Below, piece after piece: positions 46,444 through 55,550 of a stretch of DNA of 64,000 bases. This stretch comes from a virus. Lineage: Duplodnaviria > Heunggongvirae > Uroviricota > Caudoviricetes. The position numbers and the translations under genes were made by a program. The notes under the pieces were generated by a model. It did no database searches, was not told where the DNA came from, and saw only the letters and a list, made by a program, of their open reading frames with translations. Every line of letters starts with the position of its first letter. Positions within the stretch are counted from its first letter, which is position 1. Location: positions 96,626 to 160,625 of the IMG/VR virus record IMGVR_UViG_3300037156_000269, one strand, 5' to 3'.

Positions 46444-47004
46444 ATGCGAAAATCCAAAGTTCCCTTCGAGAGAGACAAGGCAGAGGCCGCCGGCGAGGTG
46501 GATTTTTTCTCATGCTACGTGATGGGCGAGCTTTGGAGATACGGAGTTGTCACCGCGGCTCAGATGAAGATTCTGGGGGCTGAGACTGACCCAGACGCGC
46601 ACGGGCTGTGTGATGGGGTATCGAACATCATTTATATTTTAGAGGGCCGTGTGAGGCATCCCGTGGTGATCCACGAGCTCTGTCACGCGCACATGTACCA
46701 GAGTCAGACCCAGTCGGCGAAGCTCTCGGCCGACCAGGTAGAAGAAATCATGTGCGACATTTTCGCGTACAACTGGAGCCGCATTCTTCTTCTCTCGCGC
46801 ACAATAGTGCACAACCTCTCTTGCTATGGTCAGTACCTGAAGGGTGAGAAGAAGCAGCCATGGGAAAGCTGTCTTCCGGATATGATCAATGAGGAACTCC
46901 CGAATAATCTGGTGGAGCTTGTTGCAACTTATGCAACAGGTGGGGAGCAGAACCCGCTTCTTAAATGTGCGATAGGTAAAAAGAAGCGCAGGCGGCGCTC
47001 CTAA
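46444..47004 (+). CDS. SprT-like/HExxH metallopeptidase-like protein
   Basis: VIHELCHAHMY motif; Lys/Arg-rich C-terminus. Confidence 0.45.
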   Translation: MRKSKVPFERDKAEAAGEVDFFSCYVMGELWRYGVVTAAQMKILGAETDPDAHGLCDGVSNIIYILEGRVRHPVVIHELCHAHMYQSQTQSAKLSADQVEEIMCDIFAYNWSRILLLSRTIVHNLSCYGQYLKGEKKQPWESCLPDMINEELPNNLVELVATYATGGEQNPLLKCAIGKKKRRRRS

Positions 47005-47484
47005 GTTTGCTTACATTGTATGTGCGCCTCGCCCGGGCGACACTCGAGTGTCTTGCTGCTTACAGTGTAAGCAGCTTCAAGTTTTCCAATACTCTTTTTG
47101 CCAGGGCCAATAGTCCAGATCCCAGACGGAGATATACTCCTCACGACGCCCTGTCGCTAACCAAATAAGGATAGGGATGTAGATAATAATCATGCCTATC
47201 ACCGCAATGGCTTGAACAAGAACTCCGAGAATGATTCTCAGCACGCGCAATTTACTCACAGTACCCGCCCATCATTTCGTTTCGGAGAGCTTCCCAGTAA
47301 TCCAGATTCTTATCCGGCTTTGGAAAATTGGCGAACCCCTTGGCTTTGCCAATAGCGGCATTCGTGCACGATTCTTTCGAGAGATAGTCGCCGAGGCGCT
47401 TGCCTCTGGCGTCTGTGAGGTCCCAAAAACCGTCGGGCCGCTCTTCGCCGAAGTACTCGACAGGCCATCTTGTTAGGCGGATTT

Positions 47485-47799
47485 TCATTTCTTCTCCTTC
47501 TGATCAACTGGCCCAAAGAGCACAAGTTCTACAAAATCCCGTACCCTCGGCTTCTTACCTTCCTCAAATTTCTGCATGTGTAGGAACATCGCTTTCTGAT
47601 AAGCAGCTTTAAACTCTTCGCGAGTGATCATTACCGTATCAGGAAGGACTTCGCGAACTAAGACATGCTCATTGAAGCCTAGAACAAGGCCATCAACGTG
47701 GTTCATGGCCTGATTACCAGGAGGTCCGCCAGGGCGATCATAAACGTAAAGACCTCCCTTAATTATCCATTCACGCGCTTCCATACTCGTCCTCCTCAC
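47485..47799 (-). CDS. hypothetical protein
   Basis: 104-aa ORF. Confidence 0.4.
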   Translation of the reverse strand: MRRTSMEAREWIIKGGLYVYDRPGGPPGNQAMNHVDGLVLGFNEHVLVREVLPDTVMITREEFKAAYQKAMFLHMQKFEEGKKPRVRDFVELVLFGPVDQKEKK

Positions 47800-48262
47800 T
47801 GGTGTCGGGTGGTATCAACACATCTCGCGCAGTCTTCCCGCCGTCTGCCTCTGCCACGGTTGCGCCAGTCCACGGCTCTGCGAGCTCATCATAGATTTTT
47901 TCGTTTCCATAAAACTCAAGCGCCGCCCTCAATCTAAAGATCTCATGTCCAGCCTCATGCTCGATAGCCAGGATCTTGTTTTCAAGCCGCACGTTTTCTT
48001 TTACGACCGGCCACTCAAGATCGAGTTTCATATTAGCGAGTTCTTTGCGAGTGATATCATGGGACTCGTCAAGCGCATCCCGATCTTTTTGGAGCTCGGC
48101 TAATTTTTCTTGAGCCTCAATCAAATCCTGCCCCAACGCCAAAATAAAACCGTCCCCTGCAAGATCTCTCCACGGCTCTCCGTGCCGCTTGGCATACAGG
48201 CTTCCTTGCTCGGACAAGATTAAAGTGTATTTGCCGCCGTCGACTTCTAGTTCAAAGCTCAT
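47771..48262 (-). CDS. hypothetical coiled-coil protein
   Basis: Start MSFELE at 48262 preceded by the CCAAAAGCAAAGGGG junction motif. Confidence 0.45.
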   Translation of the reverse strand: MSFELEVDGGKYTLILSEQGSLYAKRHGEPWRDLAGDGFILALGQDLIEAQEKLAELQKDRDALDESHDITRKELANMKLDLEWPVVKENVRLENKILAIEHEAGHEIFRLRAALEFYGNEKIYDELAEPWTGATVAEADGGKTARDVLIPPDTSEEDEYGSA

Positions 48263-48582
48263 TTCTTCCCCTTTGCTTTTGGAACTGGACGCTCCACATA
48301 GTCGATAACCTGTGTCAGCCAATCGCGAAGTTTTTTAAGGTCTCTGAAATTTGGCTTGCACCAGTCCTGGGAGCCTACACCAACCGTCCATTTAGAAAAT
48401 GTGATGTTACCTAGCTCATCTCGCGTAGCTCTACAAGTTTCAGTGTTGATGGGGTGATTGCTTTTTGCGATATCACAACCGGTGCGAGGTCTACTCATCT
48501 TTATCCCTCGATTTTGTAGCGAGTTGACTCCAAAGAATGTCATAACATAGGAACCGATCTGGCTCGTTGAATGGTCCTGCAA
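48259..48582 (-). CDS. hypothetical protein (C-terminal PKAKG tail)
   Basis: 107-aa ORF. Confidence 0.4.
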   Translation of the reverse strand: MQDHSTSQIGSYVMTFFGVNSLQNRGIKMSRPRTGCDIAKSNHPINTETCRATRDELGNITFSKWTVGVGSQDWCKPNFRDLKKLRDWLTQVIDYVERPVPKAKGKK

Positions 48583-48853
48583 ACCAAATAGCAGCCTCTA
48601 ATTCCTTGCGAGTGATCATTACTGTGTCCGGAGCGCTCCCAAGAACATGCTTAAACATTTGCGCAGCCTCATCTGCTGTTAGCAAGTTTGTGCCGGATCG
48701 TTCATGCGGGTAGGAGCACTCAGTCACACACAGGTCACTGCACACAGTTTTTGGAAGCGGCCAGGCTAAAAACCGGTCTACTAATAGTTTAATCATTCGG
48801 ACTCCTCTTGTAACTGCGGCTTCAGCGCGTACCCAAGAATACTCATAACGCAA
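48491..48853 (-). CDS. hypothetical protein
   Basis: 120-aa ORF. Confidence 0.4.
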   Translation of the reverse strand: MRYEYSWVRAEAAVTRGVRMIKLLVDRFLAWPLPKTVCSDLCVTECSYPHERSGTNLLTADEAAQMFKHVLGSAPDTVMITRKELEAAIWFAGPFNEPDRFLCYDILWSQLATKSRDKDE

Positions 48854-49242
48854 TCTGTGTCATGCCCGCGCTCATCTGTTTTACGTCCAGAATCTCCCAT
48901 GTCACAGCCCATGCAGGCGCAGCCTCGATATGGGTCATTCGGGTCATTTTTGTTAAACCAATGAACGACACACTTTTGAATGGCTTCTCTCAGACGTCCG
49001 TTTTCTTTAAGAACTCTAGCTAGGTCGCCAGGACTGGGTTCCGCAACATTCGCTGCCGCTACGCCATCAAGATTCATAAAGGCGTTTAGCAAATTGTTTT
49101 TCATACCGGCTTCCGTAATCGAACCTTTTGCATTTGGCAGTGGGCGTATCCACCATGCTCTGATGCCAAAAGCAAATTTTGGAATGTTCATTTTTACTCT
49201 CCTTTGCTCTGCTCTGCGATCGGCGCATGCCAGTGTCTCCAC
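48793..49242 (-). CDS. hypothetical Cys-containing protein
   Basis: 149-aa ORF. Confidence 0.4.
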   Translation of the reverse strand: METLACADRRAEQRRVKMNIPKFAFGIRAWWIRPLPNAKGSITEAGMKNNLLNAFMNLDGVAAANVAEPSPGDLARVLKENGRLREAIQKCVVHWFNKNDPNDPYRGCACMGCDMGDSGRKTDERGHDTDCVMSILGYALKPQLQEESE

Positions 49243-49350
49243 CAGTATTTTATTTTCAATCCAACTTCTTTCGCCTTCATCGCGGCTTTGTGTTTCCCGA
49301 GCCTTTGCCGTTTCCGCGCAAAGTGAGACCGGCGTCTGTTCGCACCGTGG

Positions 49351-49758
49351 TCAGCCACCCTCCACTGCCCTGGCAACCTGTCGTGTCGCCCACGCGTGCA
49401 TGTGCTGCCAACGGGCCTCTGGAGTCGGGCCGCCATTCTCGTCGTTCTCCCATTCAATTTCTTGAATGAGTTGATGAGCCACATTAAACATATCGCCAAG
49501 CAGCTTGTGGTCGTAGGGGTCGACGTCTTTTAGGTCCGCTCCTCTCGCAAGACCGACGGCACCTAGAGTACAGACCTGCCCATCCTCAATCAGCTCATGT
49601 GGGATGAGTTTCTTTTCTGGCATAGCCTCTAGGGCCTGCACAAGCTCTTTTAGAAAGGCTTGCCCGCGCTTCCCGCGGATGGCGCTAGCGACCTGCCCCC
49701 GCCACCTGATGTTGGCCCACTGATCGTCACAATCGTCTGAGTAACCGTGTCTGCCCAT
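49351..49758 (-). CDS. hypothetical protein
   Basis: 135-aa ORF. Confidence 0.4.
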   Translation of the reverse strand: MGRHGYSDDCDDQWANIRWRGQVASAIRGKRGQAFLKELVQALEAMPEKKLIPHELIEDGQVCTLGAVGLARGADLKDVDPYDHKLLGDMFNVAHQLIQEIEWENDENGGPTPEARWQHMHAWATRQVARAVEGG

Positions 49759-49782
49759 TACGTGTCTCCATTAAATTAGTTG

Positions 49783-50322
49783 CTACTTTGTTTTTATAGC
49801 AAAGTGTTTTGAAATTGTATCGTGCGCCGCTTGATAAATATCGCTTGGAACAGCTTCACAAAATTCGAATTTCCAAAGTTCAATCTCCTTTTTTAGCTGC
49901 TTGTTTTCATTTATCAAAAAAGCAACTTGTTCTCCTAATTCTCCAAGCCCGTGCGTCATGTCATTATCATGCTGGTGCTCCAGCCTCCTCACTTCCTCAT
50001 CGCGATCTTTTAGACCAAGTTCATATGCCTCGCGCTGAGTGGCCGCAATGTTCACGTGGCCGCAAACTGAGCCCGGAGGAAATTTTAAATATGCTTTTTC
50101 CCGATGTGTGGCTGTATTAGCGCACGGTGCGGCCGGAAGAACTTCGCGAAAATGCACTTTATCGCCGATATTCATTTCTAAAGTATCGAGATCTGTTTTT
50201 TCTTGGATAGTTCCGCTTGAATCTCGATAGATGGTTAATTCTCGCGGTCGCTTGCTGGCGGATTGTGCCTGCGTGGTCATGTTTTCTCCTCGGCTAAAAT
50301 ATCCGCGACCGGAACAAAACAT
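49783..50322 (-). CDS. hypothetical protein
   Basis: 179-aa ORF. Confidence 0.4.
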   Translation of the reverse strand: MFCSGRGYFSRGENMTTQAQSASKRPRELTIYRDSSGTIQEKTDLDTLEMNIGDKVHFREVLPAAPCANTATHREKAYLKFPPGSVCGHVNIAATQREAYELGLKDRDEEVRRLEHQHDNDMTHGLGELGEQVAFLINENKQLKKEIELWKFEFCEAVPSDIYQAAHDTISKHFAIKTK

Positions 50323-50510
50323 CGGTGATAGGCAGCGCTCGCCCGCGACTCATCGAAAGCTTCGCAGAACTTGTTTTGGCATTTCCACCAATGCTTGTTG
50401 GACGGAACTTTCGGAACATTGCAAATGTCGCAGCACTCGATCGTAAAGGCGCGAACGGTTCCGCATCGATTGTGGTCTAGATCGTTGTCGGCTCTGGTAT
50501 GAGTGTTCAT
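50277..50510 (-). CDS. small Cys-rich protein
   Basis: 77 aa with CGTVRAFTIECCDIC ... C ... C. Confidence 0.35.
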   Translation of the reverse strand: MNTHTRADNDLDHNRCGTVRAFTIECCDICNVPKVPSNKHWWKCQNKFCEAFDESRASAAYHRCFVPVADILAEEKT

Positions 50511-50676
50511 AGTTTGTGCTCCATTGCCTCTATGGTGGCCTGAAATATCAGGGCGCGATTAAATTGTATGTAACAGGTCTTGTCGCTTTCCCATTCGCTC
50601 AGAACAGAACGAAGAGCCTCCGTCTCCTGCTGAAGTAAATAGATAAGAGCGAGAAGAAATCGCTCACGCTCGGTCG

Positions 50677-50934
50677 TCATTCGCCCTCACTTGTCGTCGT
50701 GGCTTCAGGTGCCTCGGAGTTTCGCGGAGCCAACTGTCCACATGGCCCGTCTGGACATCTTTTCCGTATTTCGATTAGAGCATTCCTTTGTGTTTCAATT
50801 TCGGTTTCGAGCGAAACAAGAAGTTCCCATAATTGCTCAGGACCCTGAGGACCGAAATTTAGATCAGTGGTGACGTGGCGGCCGGTTACGCGGTCGTGAA
50901 TAGTTTCGTGATCAATGAAAAATCTTTTGCTCAT
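50677..50934 (-). CDS. hypothetical protein
   Basis: 85 aa; start preceded by the CCAAAAGCAAAGGGG motif. Confidence 0.4.
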   Translation of the reverse strand: MSKRFFIDHETIHDRVTGRHVTTDLNFGPQGPEQLWELLVSLETEIETQRNALIEIRKRCPDGPCGQLAPRNSEAPEATTTSEGE

Positions 50935-51266
50935 TCTCGCCCCTTTGCTTTTGGAGTCACGCGCGTTAATTTTTCAAATGAAACCGGAATGACTGTGAGA
51001 ATCAGACAAAGGGACTCAATAGATGGCGTGCGTTCGCCGTTAACTATCTGAGAGATTCCAGCTTGAGTTATTCCACACCGTTCCGCTAAGTCTGCTTGAG
51101 ACATGCCCATTGTTTTCATCAAAGCTTTAAGCCTCATTCCGATTAAAGTCGGATTGTATATGGGGTTCACCTGGACTCCTTTTGTGCTTGGAAAGCAAGA
51201 CGTCGCTCTTGCTGAATTTTGAGAGCCTTGCTTGCTCCTGCGCGCAGCAAATGAATTTCGCTGCAA
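50931..51266 (-). CDS. XRE-family HTH regulator (paralogue of 26936-27136)
   Basis: MSQADLAERCGITQAGISQIVNGERTPS; C-terminal TPKAKG tail. Confidence 0.55.
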   Translation of the reverse strand: MQRNSFAARRSKQGSQNSARATSCFPSTKGVQVNPIYNPTLIGMRLKALMKTMGMSQADLAERCGITQAGISQIVNGERTPSIESLCLILTVIPVSFEKLTRVTPKAKGRE

Positions 51267-51478
51267 TGCTCACACACTCCATAAGAGTCGCACGGCGAAA
51301 CGCCACACTCGGCTAGACATTGAAGCTCAAGCTTTGTTCTTGCCCAATCTTCAACGGCATCAACAATTTCAGCTCGCTCTGTTTCGTCTGTCGTCATCTT
51401 TACCTTTCGCGCACAAGGCCGCGTTAGCTCGCGGGCTTGTGCGGTCGTTAAAATGAGTTTCGTTTTCTGGGCGCCCAT
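51167..51478 (-). CDS. hypothetical protein (start ambiguous: 51478 or 51397)
   Basis: Two candidate starts, each preceded by one of the repeated leader motifs. Confidence 0.35.
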   Translation of the reverse strand: MGAQKTKLILTTAQARELTRPCARKVKMTTDETERAEIVDAVEDWARTKLELQCLAECGVSPCDSYGVCEHCSEIHLLRAGASKALKIQQERRLAFQAQKESR

Positions 51479-51906
51479 TATTCGAGGCCCTTTGCTTTTG
51501 GAGTCTGCGCTGCCTTCAGAGCAAGCCATGCGGCATCGACAGCGCCGTTGGTTATCTGTCTATTTTCATAGTCCAGGCGTGAGTCCTTCCATGACGGCTC
51601 AGAAATGTGGGCTAGCAGATTCTCAAGTGCCGCCCGAAGCCTCTCAATCTCAGCATCGCGCTTTGCAAGTTCTTCAGCCCTGACTTTCATTCCTGCGCCG
51701 GATAGCTCTAGGCGCTTCACTTCCGCATCAAACGCAAAAAGCAATGGCTCAACATCTTCGCAGGCGAAGAATTGACCTTCTGGACGCTGATACATGCCGC
51801 CGATCATGTAATCGTATTTCTTAAGTGTAAGTTTTGCTTTAGTCATTTGCTGGACTCCTTGGTAGCTTGGAAAGCCAATAGTCGGCCACCATCTAAAATT
51901 TTCCAC
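51478..51906 (-). CDS. hypothetical coiled-coil protein (C-terminal PKAKG tail)
   Basis: 142-aa ORF. Confidence 0.4.
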   Translation of the reverse strand: MENFRWWPTIGFPSYQGVQQMTKAKLTLKKYDYMIGGMYQRPEGQFFACEDVEPLLFAFDAEVKRLELSGAGMKVRAEELAKRDAEIERLRAALENLLAHISEPSWKDSRLDYENRQITNGAVDAAWLALKAAQTPKAKGLE

Positions 51907-52067
51907 ATAGAACGATAAGAAGCCAGTCTGCCTCGACCGTAATCATTTAGGCCGCCGCCTTCCGATAGATCGCGGTCGTGTTCCTCCTGAATCTTTTCAA
52001 GCCTGCTTATTTCTTCGTGAACATGATTTACCATTTTTGCTATCAGCTCATCTTTTAGGTCCGCCAT
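51843..52067 (-). CDS. hypothetical protein
   Basis: 74 aa; start preceded by exact 23-nt motif CTTGTGCGCGAAAGGTAAAGATG. Confidence 0.4.
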   Translation of the reverse strand: MADLKDELIAKMVNHVHEEISRLEKIQEEHDRDLSEGGGLNDYGRGRLASYRSMWKILDGGRLLAFQATKESSK

Positions 52068-52098
52068 CTTTACCTTTCGCGCACAAGACCATTGGGTT

Positions 52099-52334
52099 TC
52101 ACGAGGCCAACGCGGCCTGTACTGTACCTATCGACATCCCGATCTCTTTTGCTATTTTCCGAATCGAATAACCCCTGGCTCGCAATGCACGTATTTTTTT
52201 ATCATCGCGAACCTTTGGACGGCCAATCGCTTCGCCAGCGGCAGCCTTCTTTTTATTTGCCAGCTTCAGTCGAACTGATTTCAATTCTGAAAGAAGTTCC
52301 CTCTCACGCTTCCAAAGTTTTTCAATTTCAGTCA
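52099..52334 (-). CDS. small HTH DNA-binding protein
   Basis: C-terminal RARGYSIRKIAKEIGMSIGTVQAAL HTH; start MTEIEK at 52334 preceded by the 23-nt motif. Confidence 0.45.
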
Positions 52335-52337
52335 TCT

Positions 52338-52859
52338 TTACCTTTCGCGCACACAAGCGCTCAGAGAAGGGACATGTTTCCACGTCCGGCATCGTTTTAT
52401 GTTTCCAATAGTAGAGCTCGCTACTCCATATTCGTTCGCAAGAACATACGCTCTCTGACCTTGCGAAAGTCTGAGTCTAATCTCAAGCACCTGTGACTCG
52501 ACCAGAAGCGCTCCCGGGTGCTTGGAGCCACGCGGGCTACGCCCTTTTGGAATTCTATCAGCCATGTTTTCTTTATGAGTTCCAAGGAAAAGATGGTCTG
52601 GGTTCGCACATCGAGGCGTATCGCATTTATGACAAACCGACATTCCTTCCGGAATTTCGCCGTGATGAATCCGGTAGGAAATCCGATGAACCGTGAAGTT
52701 TTTGGTCTTCCTGTTTTCATCGTTCACGTAAATGCGCCCATAGCCACAGGAGTCGCAGCTTTTAGTCCAAATCCAACACCCATTTTCATTGATGAAAAAC
52801 GGATCTTTGAAAAACAATCGTTTAAGATTTTCTAATCCCATTCTCATTTTAACCCCCAC
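52338..52859 (-). CDS. HNH homing endonuclease
   Basis: HNH_3-type motif CHKCDTPRCANPDHLFLGTHKENMAD with upstream Cys pairs. Confidence 0.75.
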   Translation of the reverse strand: MGVKMRMGLENLKRLFFKDPFFINENGCWIWTKSCDSCGYGRIYVNDENRKTKNFTVHRISYRIHHGEIPEGMSVCHKCDTPRCANPDHLFLGTHKENMADRIPKGRSPRGSKHPGALLVESQVLEIRLRLSQGQRAYVLANEYGVASSTIGNIKRCRTWKHVPSLSACVRER

Positions 52860-53126
52860 TCAGAATCGCGAGGCCACATGCCGGTCGAAAAGCTCGAAAG
52901 CTAAAAACTGTCTCGCGCCTTCGTGTATTTTTATTTCATGGGCAACCTCAAGCGCGTCCAGCGCGTCCCAAAGTTCTTTTCGCTTGTCTAACATTTCGCC
53001 TGGCAGGACTTCGCGAACGAAAACAGGCGGCTCACCTAGAAACCGAGCTTTCACATTTTTCAGCATAGTGTCTGATGCGAGCGTTAGTTTTCCCGTTTTG
53101 TAAATCCACCATTCTCTTGGCTTCAT
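52860..53126 (-). CDS. hypothetical protein
   Basis: 88-aa ORF. Confidence 0.4.
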   Translation of the reverse strand: MKPREWWIYKTGKLTLASDTMLKNVKARFLGEPPVFVREVLPGEMLDKRKELWDALDALEVAHEIKIHEGARQFLAFELFDRHVASRF

Positions 53127-53380
53127 TCCGACCTCTTGCTGTCTTGGACAAGTGCCGCAATCAAAGCGTCCGCTGCTTTAACAGCTTGATCGACGCGGTT
53201 GTTATAATCACAGGGCATCTTGCCCTTGTTGATGTCCCACGAGCAAAATCCTTGAAGAGCCATCGCGGCGAAAAGTTCACGCTTTGTCAGACCGTCATTG
53301 TAGTAAACGGTGTTATGAGTTTCGCTAGCTTCAAGACATCTGAGCTGCGGAAATATGGGTTCGTTCGGTTTTGTCGTCAT
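53123..53380 (-). CDS. hypothetical protein
   Basis: 85-aa ORF. Confidence 0.4.
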   Translation of the reverse strand: MTTKPNEPIFPQLRCLEASETHNTVYYNDGLTKRELFAAMALQGFCSWDINKGKMPCDYNNRVDQAVKAADALIAALVQDSKRSE

Positions 53381-53748
53381 TTGCCTGCCTTAGCAACCCA
53401 TCGGTCGCCATCCCATGCGCGATAGTTGAAACCGAATTCACGCCAATGTTCTCCAGCGATGCAGTCGCTATGATCCTTAACTTTTGAAACATTCCATTCT
53501 GTGAGATCGGCATTTTTTATTCCCATAATAAAAGGCTTCCCATTGATATCTTGTTCAATCTTGCCATTAGTAAACGTCCTGAAGCCGTCTCTGGCTACGA
53601 CAGTGAAGTTTTTAGGAATATAGTTTTCGGCGTAATTGAAAACGATATCTCCGACGAAGAGCGGTTTCCCGTCTGCGTCTTTCAAATCAGTTTCCTCGCC
53701 GCAATGACCGAGGAAACAATCTCCGCTAAATATAGCTAACTCTTTCAT
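53377..53748 (-). CDS. hypothetical protein
   Basis: 123-aa ORF. Confidence 0.4.
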   Translation of the reverse strand: MKELAIFSGDCFLGHCGEETDLKDADGKPLFVGDIVFNYAENYIPKNFTVVARDGFRTFTNGKIEQDINGKPFIMGIKNADLTEWNVSKVKDHSDCIAGEHWREFGFNYRAWDGDRWVAKAGK

Positions 53749-53789
53749 ATTCGCTCCTATCGATCGGTTGCTTCAATGGCATACGATGC

Positions 53790-54062
53790 CTACTTCAGCA
53801 TTGTTCTTTGGTTCTTCATTTCACAGATGGCCAGGGCCATACTGAAAATCAGCGTGTGATCGCTCCATTCATCAATCGGAACGATGTCGCCAAACATTCT
53901 AGAGTCAGGTTTGATCGCCGGATCGAGTTTGAATACCTTCCAACCGTCAATAATGTATTCGTCTTGATCGCGGGCCATAAATCCCATCGGCATAGGATAC
54001 CAGTCGCCCAATTTCCATTCTTTCGAATCGCCCCACGGAATTTCGCATTCAATGACTTTCAT
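53790..54062 (-). CDS. hypothetical protein
   Basis: 90-aa ORF. Confidence 0.4.
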   Translation of the reverse strand: MKVIECEIPWGDSKEWKLGDWYPMPMGFMARDQDEYIIDGWKVFKLDPAIKPDSRMFGDIVPIDEWSDHTLIFSMALAICEMKNQRTMLK

Positions 54063-54097
54063 CTAGACCCCACTCAGACACTGGCCAACAAAGGCCG

Positions 54098-54310
54098 TTA
54101 AAGCATTCCGTTTGATTCAAAATCAGTAGCGAGCTTTTCAATAAGCTTGCCCAACTCGTCGAAGTCTTGCGCCACCCATTGCTTTTGATATGCAAAGCCC
54201 TGTGAACTATTTCGCGATTGATCGTGCCAATTCACTATAAAACCGTTCTCTGTGGACGTAATGCTGAGGTTCAAAATCTTTTTCATACTTCTCTCCTGGC
54301 GTTTCGCCAT
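54098..54310 (-). CDS. hypothetical protein
   Basis: 70-aa ORF. Confidence 0.35.
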   Translation of the reverse strand: MAKRQERSMKKILNLSITSTENGFIVNWHDQSRNSSQGFAYQKQWVAQDFDELGKLIEKLATDFESNGML

Positions 54311-54316
54311 CGTTGT

Positions 54317-55213
54317 TTATACCGGCACAATGCCTATCAACCTGCTAAATGCTTCTCGGGCTTGCATCGGAACGACTGCGTTGCCGAGGCATCTAAGACG
54401 GTCCATTCGAGCGGGAATCCCATCAGCCACTCGACCCACATCGGGTTCAGTGAGCCACCAATCTCCATCTCGTCCCGTTTCGCTCGCGCCCGACTGTGCG
54501 AACCGCCGTCGAGACCCGTTGTCCTCGGAGTCGGCCACAATTTTACTGCCGTGGAAAGCCCCGTGCCGCGGTTGGTCCCCTGCTTCGGCGCATTGTGATT
54601 TCCGAAAACCGTGGGAGTCGGCCAAAGATTCTTTCGGGCCATTGATGGGAGCGAGTGACGAATTGCTCCGTTGCGCCCAGCCGCTCCGCCTTGATTCGCT
54701 CCATAACTTGAGGCTGTCGGGGTCGGCAGCGAGCATGAACCATCGTTTTCGAAGGTGAGGGGCTCCAAGTTCCGCGGCTGATACAACCGTCCAGCGACAA
54801 TCATACCGAAGTGCGGAAAACTCTTCGGTAACTAGTCGAAGTCCTCGAGTAGTGATAGCTGGGACATTTTCCAAGAAGACGAGTCCAGGTCGAATATCAT
54901 TAACGAGTCGGATGATTTCAAAAAACAAACCGCTTCGCTCGCCGCCCAGGCCTGCGCCACGGCCGGCAGAAGAGATGTCTTGGCAAGGGAACCCGCCGAA
55001 AATGATGTCGGGCTTTGTTCCGAAGTGCTCGGCTCGCAGCGTGCGCACGTCGTCCCAGATCGGAGCTCGGTCAAGTGTGCCATCCCGCATTCGGGACATG
55101 AGAACACCTTGCGCGTATCGGTCTTGCTCACAATAGGCGATGGTTCGCACCCAAGGCTCGAGTGCGAGACTGATTCCTCCAATGCCAGAGAATAAATCCA
55201 AGCCATTCAACAT
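54317..55213 (-). CDS. DNA (cytosine-5)-methyltransferase
   Basis: Motif I LDLFSGIGG, motif IV GFPCQDIS, motif VI ENV in canonical order. Confidence 0.85.
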   Translation of the reverse strand: MLNGLDLFSGIGGISLALEPWVRTIAYCEQDRYAQGVLMSRMRDGTLDRAPIWDDVRTLRAEHFGTKPDIIFGGFPCQDISSAGRGAGLGGERSGLFFEIIRLVNDIRPGLVFLENVPAITTRGLRLVTEEFSALRYDCRWTVVSAAELGAPHLRKRWFMLAADPDSLKLWSESRRSGWAQRSNSSLAPINGPKESLADSHGFRKSQCAEAGDQPRHGAFHGSKIVADSEDNGSRRRFAQSGASETGRDGDWWLTEPDVGRVADGIPARMDRLRCLGNAVVPMQAREAFSRLIGIVPV

Positions 55214-55274
55214 CCCTTTCCCTCATCCAATCAAACTAGCAACGGGCCATGTTGGCCTCTCGAGCCTGCGCGGC

Positions 55275-55550
55275 CTATTTCCGTCCATTTATTTCGTCGC
55301 ACACTTCCATCGCAAATCGCATCGCCATCGCGGCCACTTGGATTGCCTCTTTGCGCATGGCTTCAAGATCACGGTTTTTCTGTTTCGTCCAGACATGTGC
55401 TTTGAGCTCGTCAACCTCCTCGAGCAGGACTCCGAAGCCCTCATGTGCTGAATTGAATTGCGGCCACTTCTCTTTGGCCGCCATTACCTCAGTCGTGCAC
55501 TCAAACGCGATTGAGCGAATGGGGCCTGGGTCGGGAATAACGTAGCTCAT
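55275..55550 (-). CDS. hypothetical protein
   Basis: 91-aa ORF. Confidence 0.4.
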   Translation of the reverse strand: MSYVIPDPGPIRSIAFECTTEVMAAKEKWPQFNSAHEGFGVLLEEVDELKAHVWTKQKNRDLEAMRKEAIQVAAMAMRFAMEVCDEINGRK

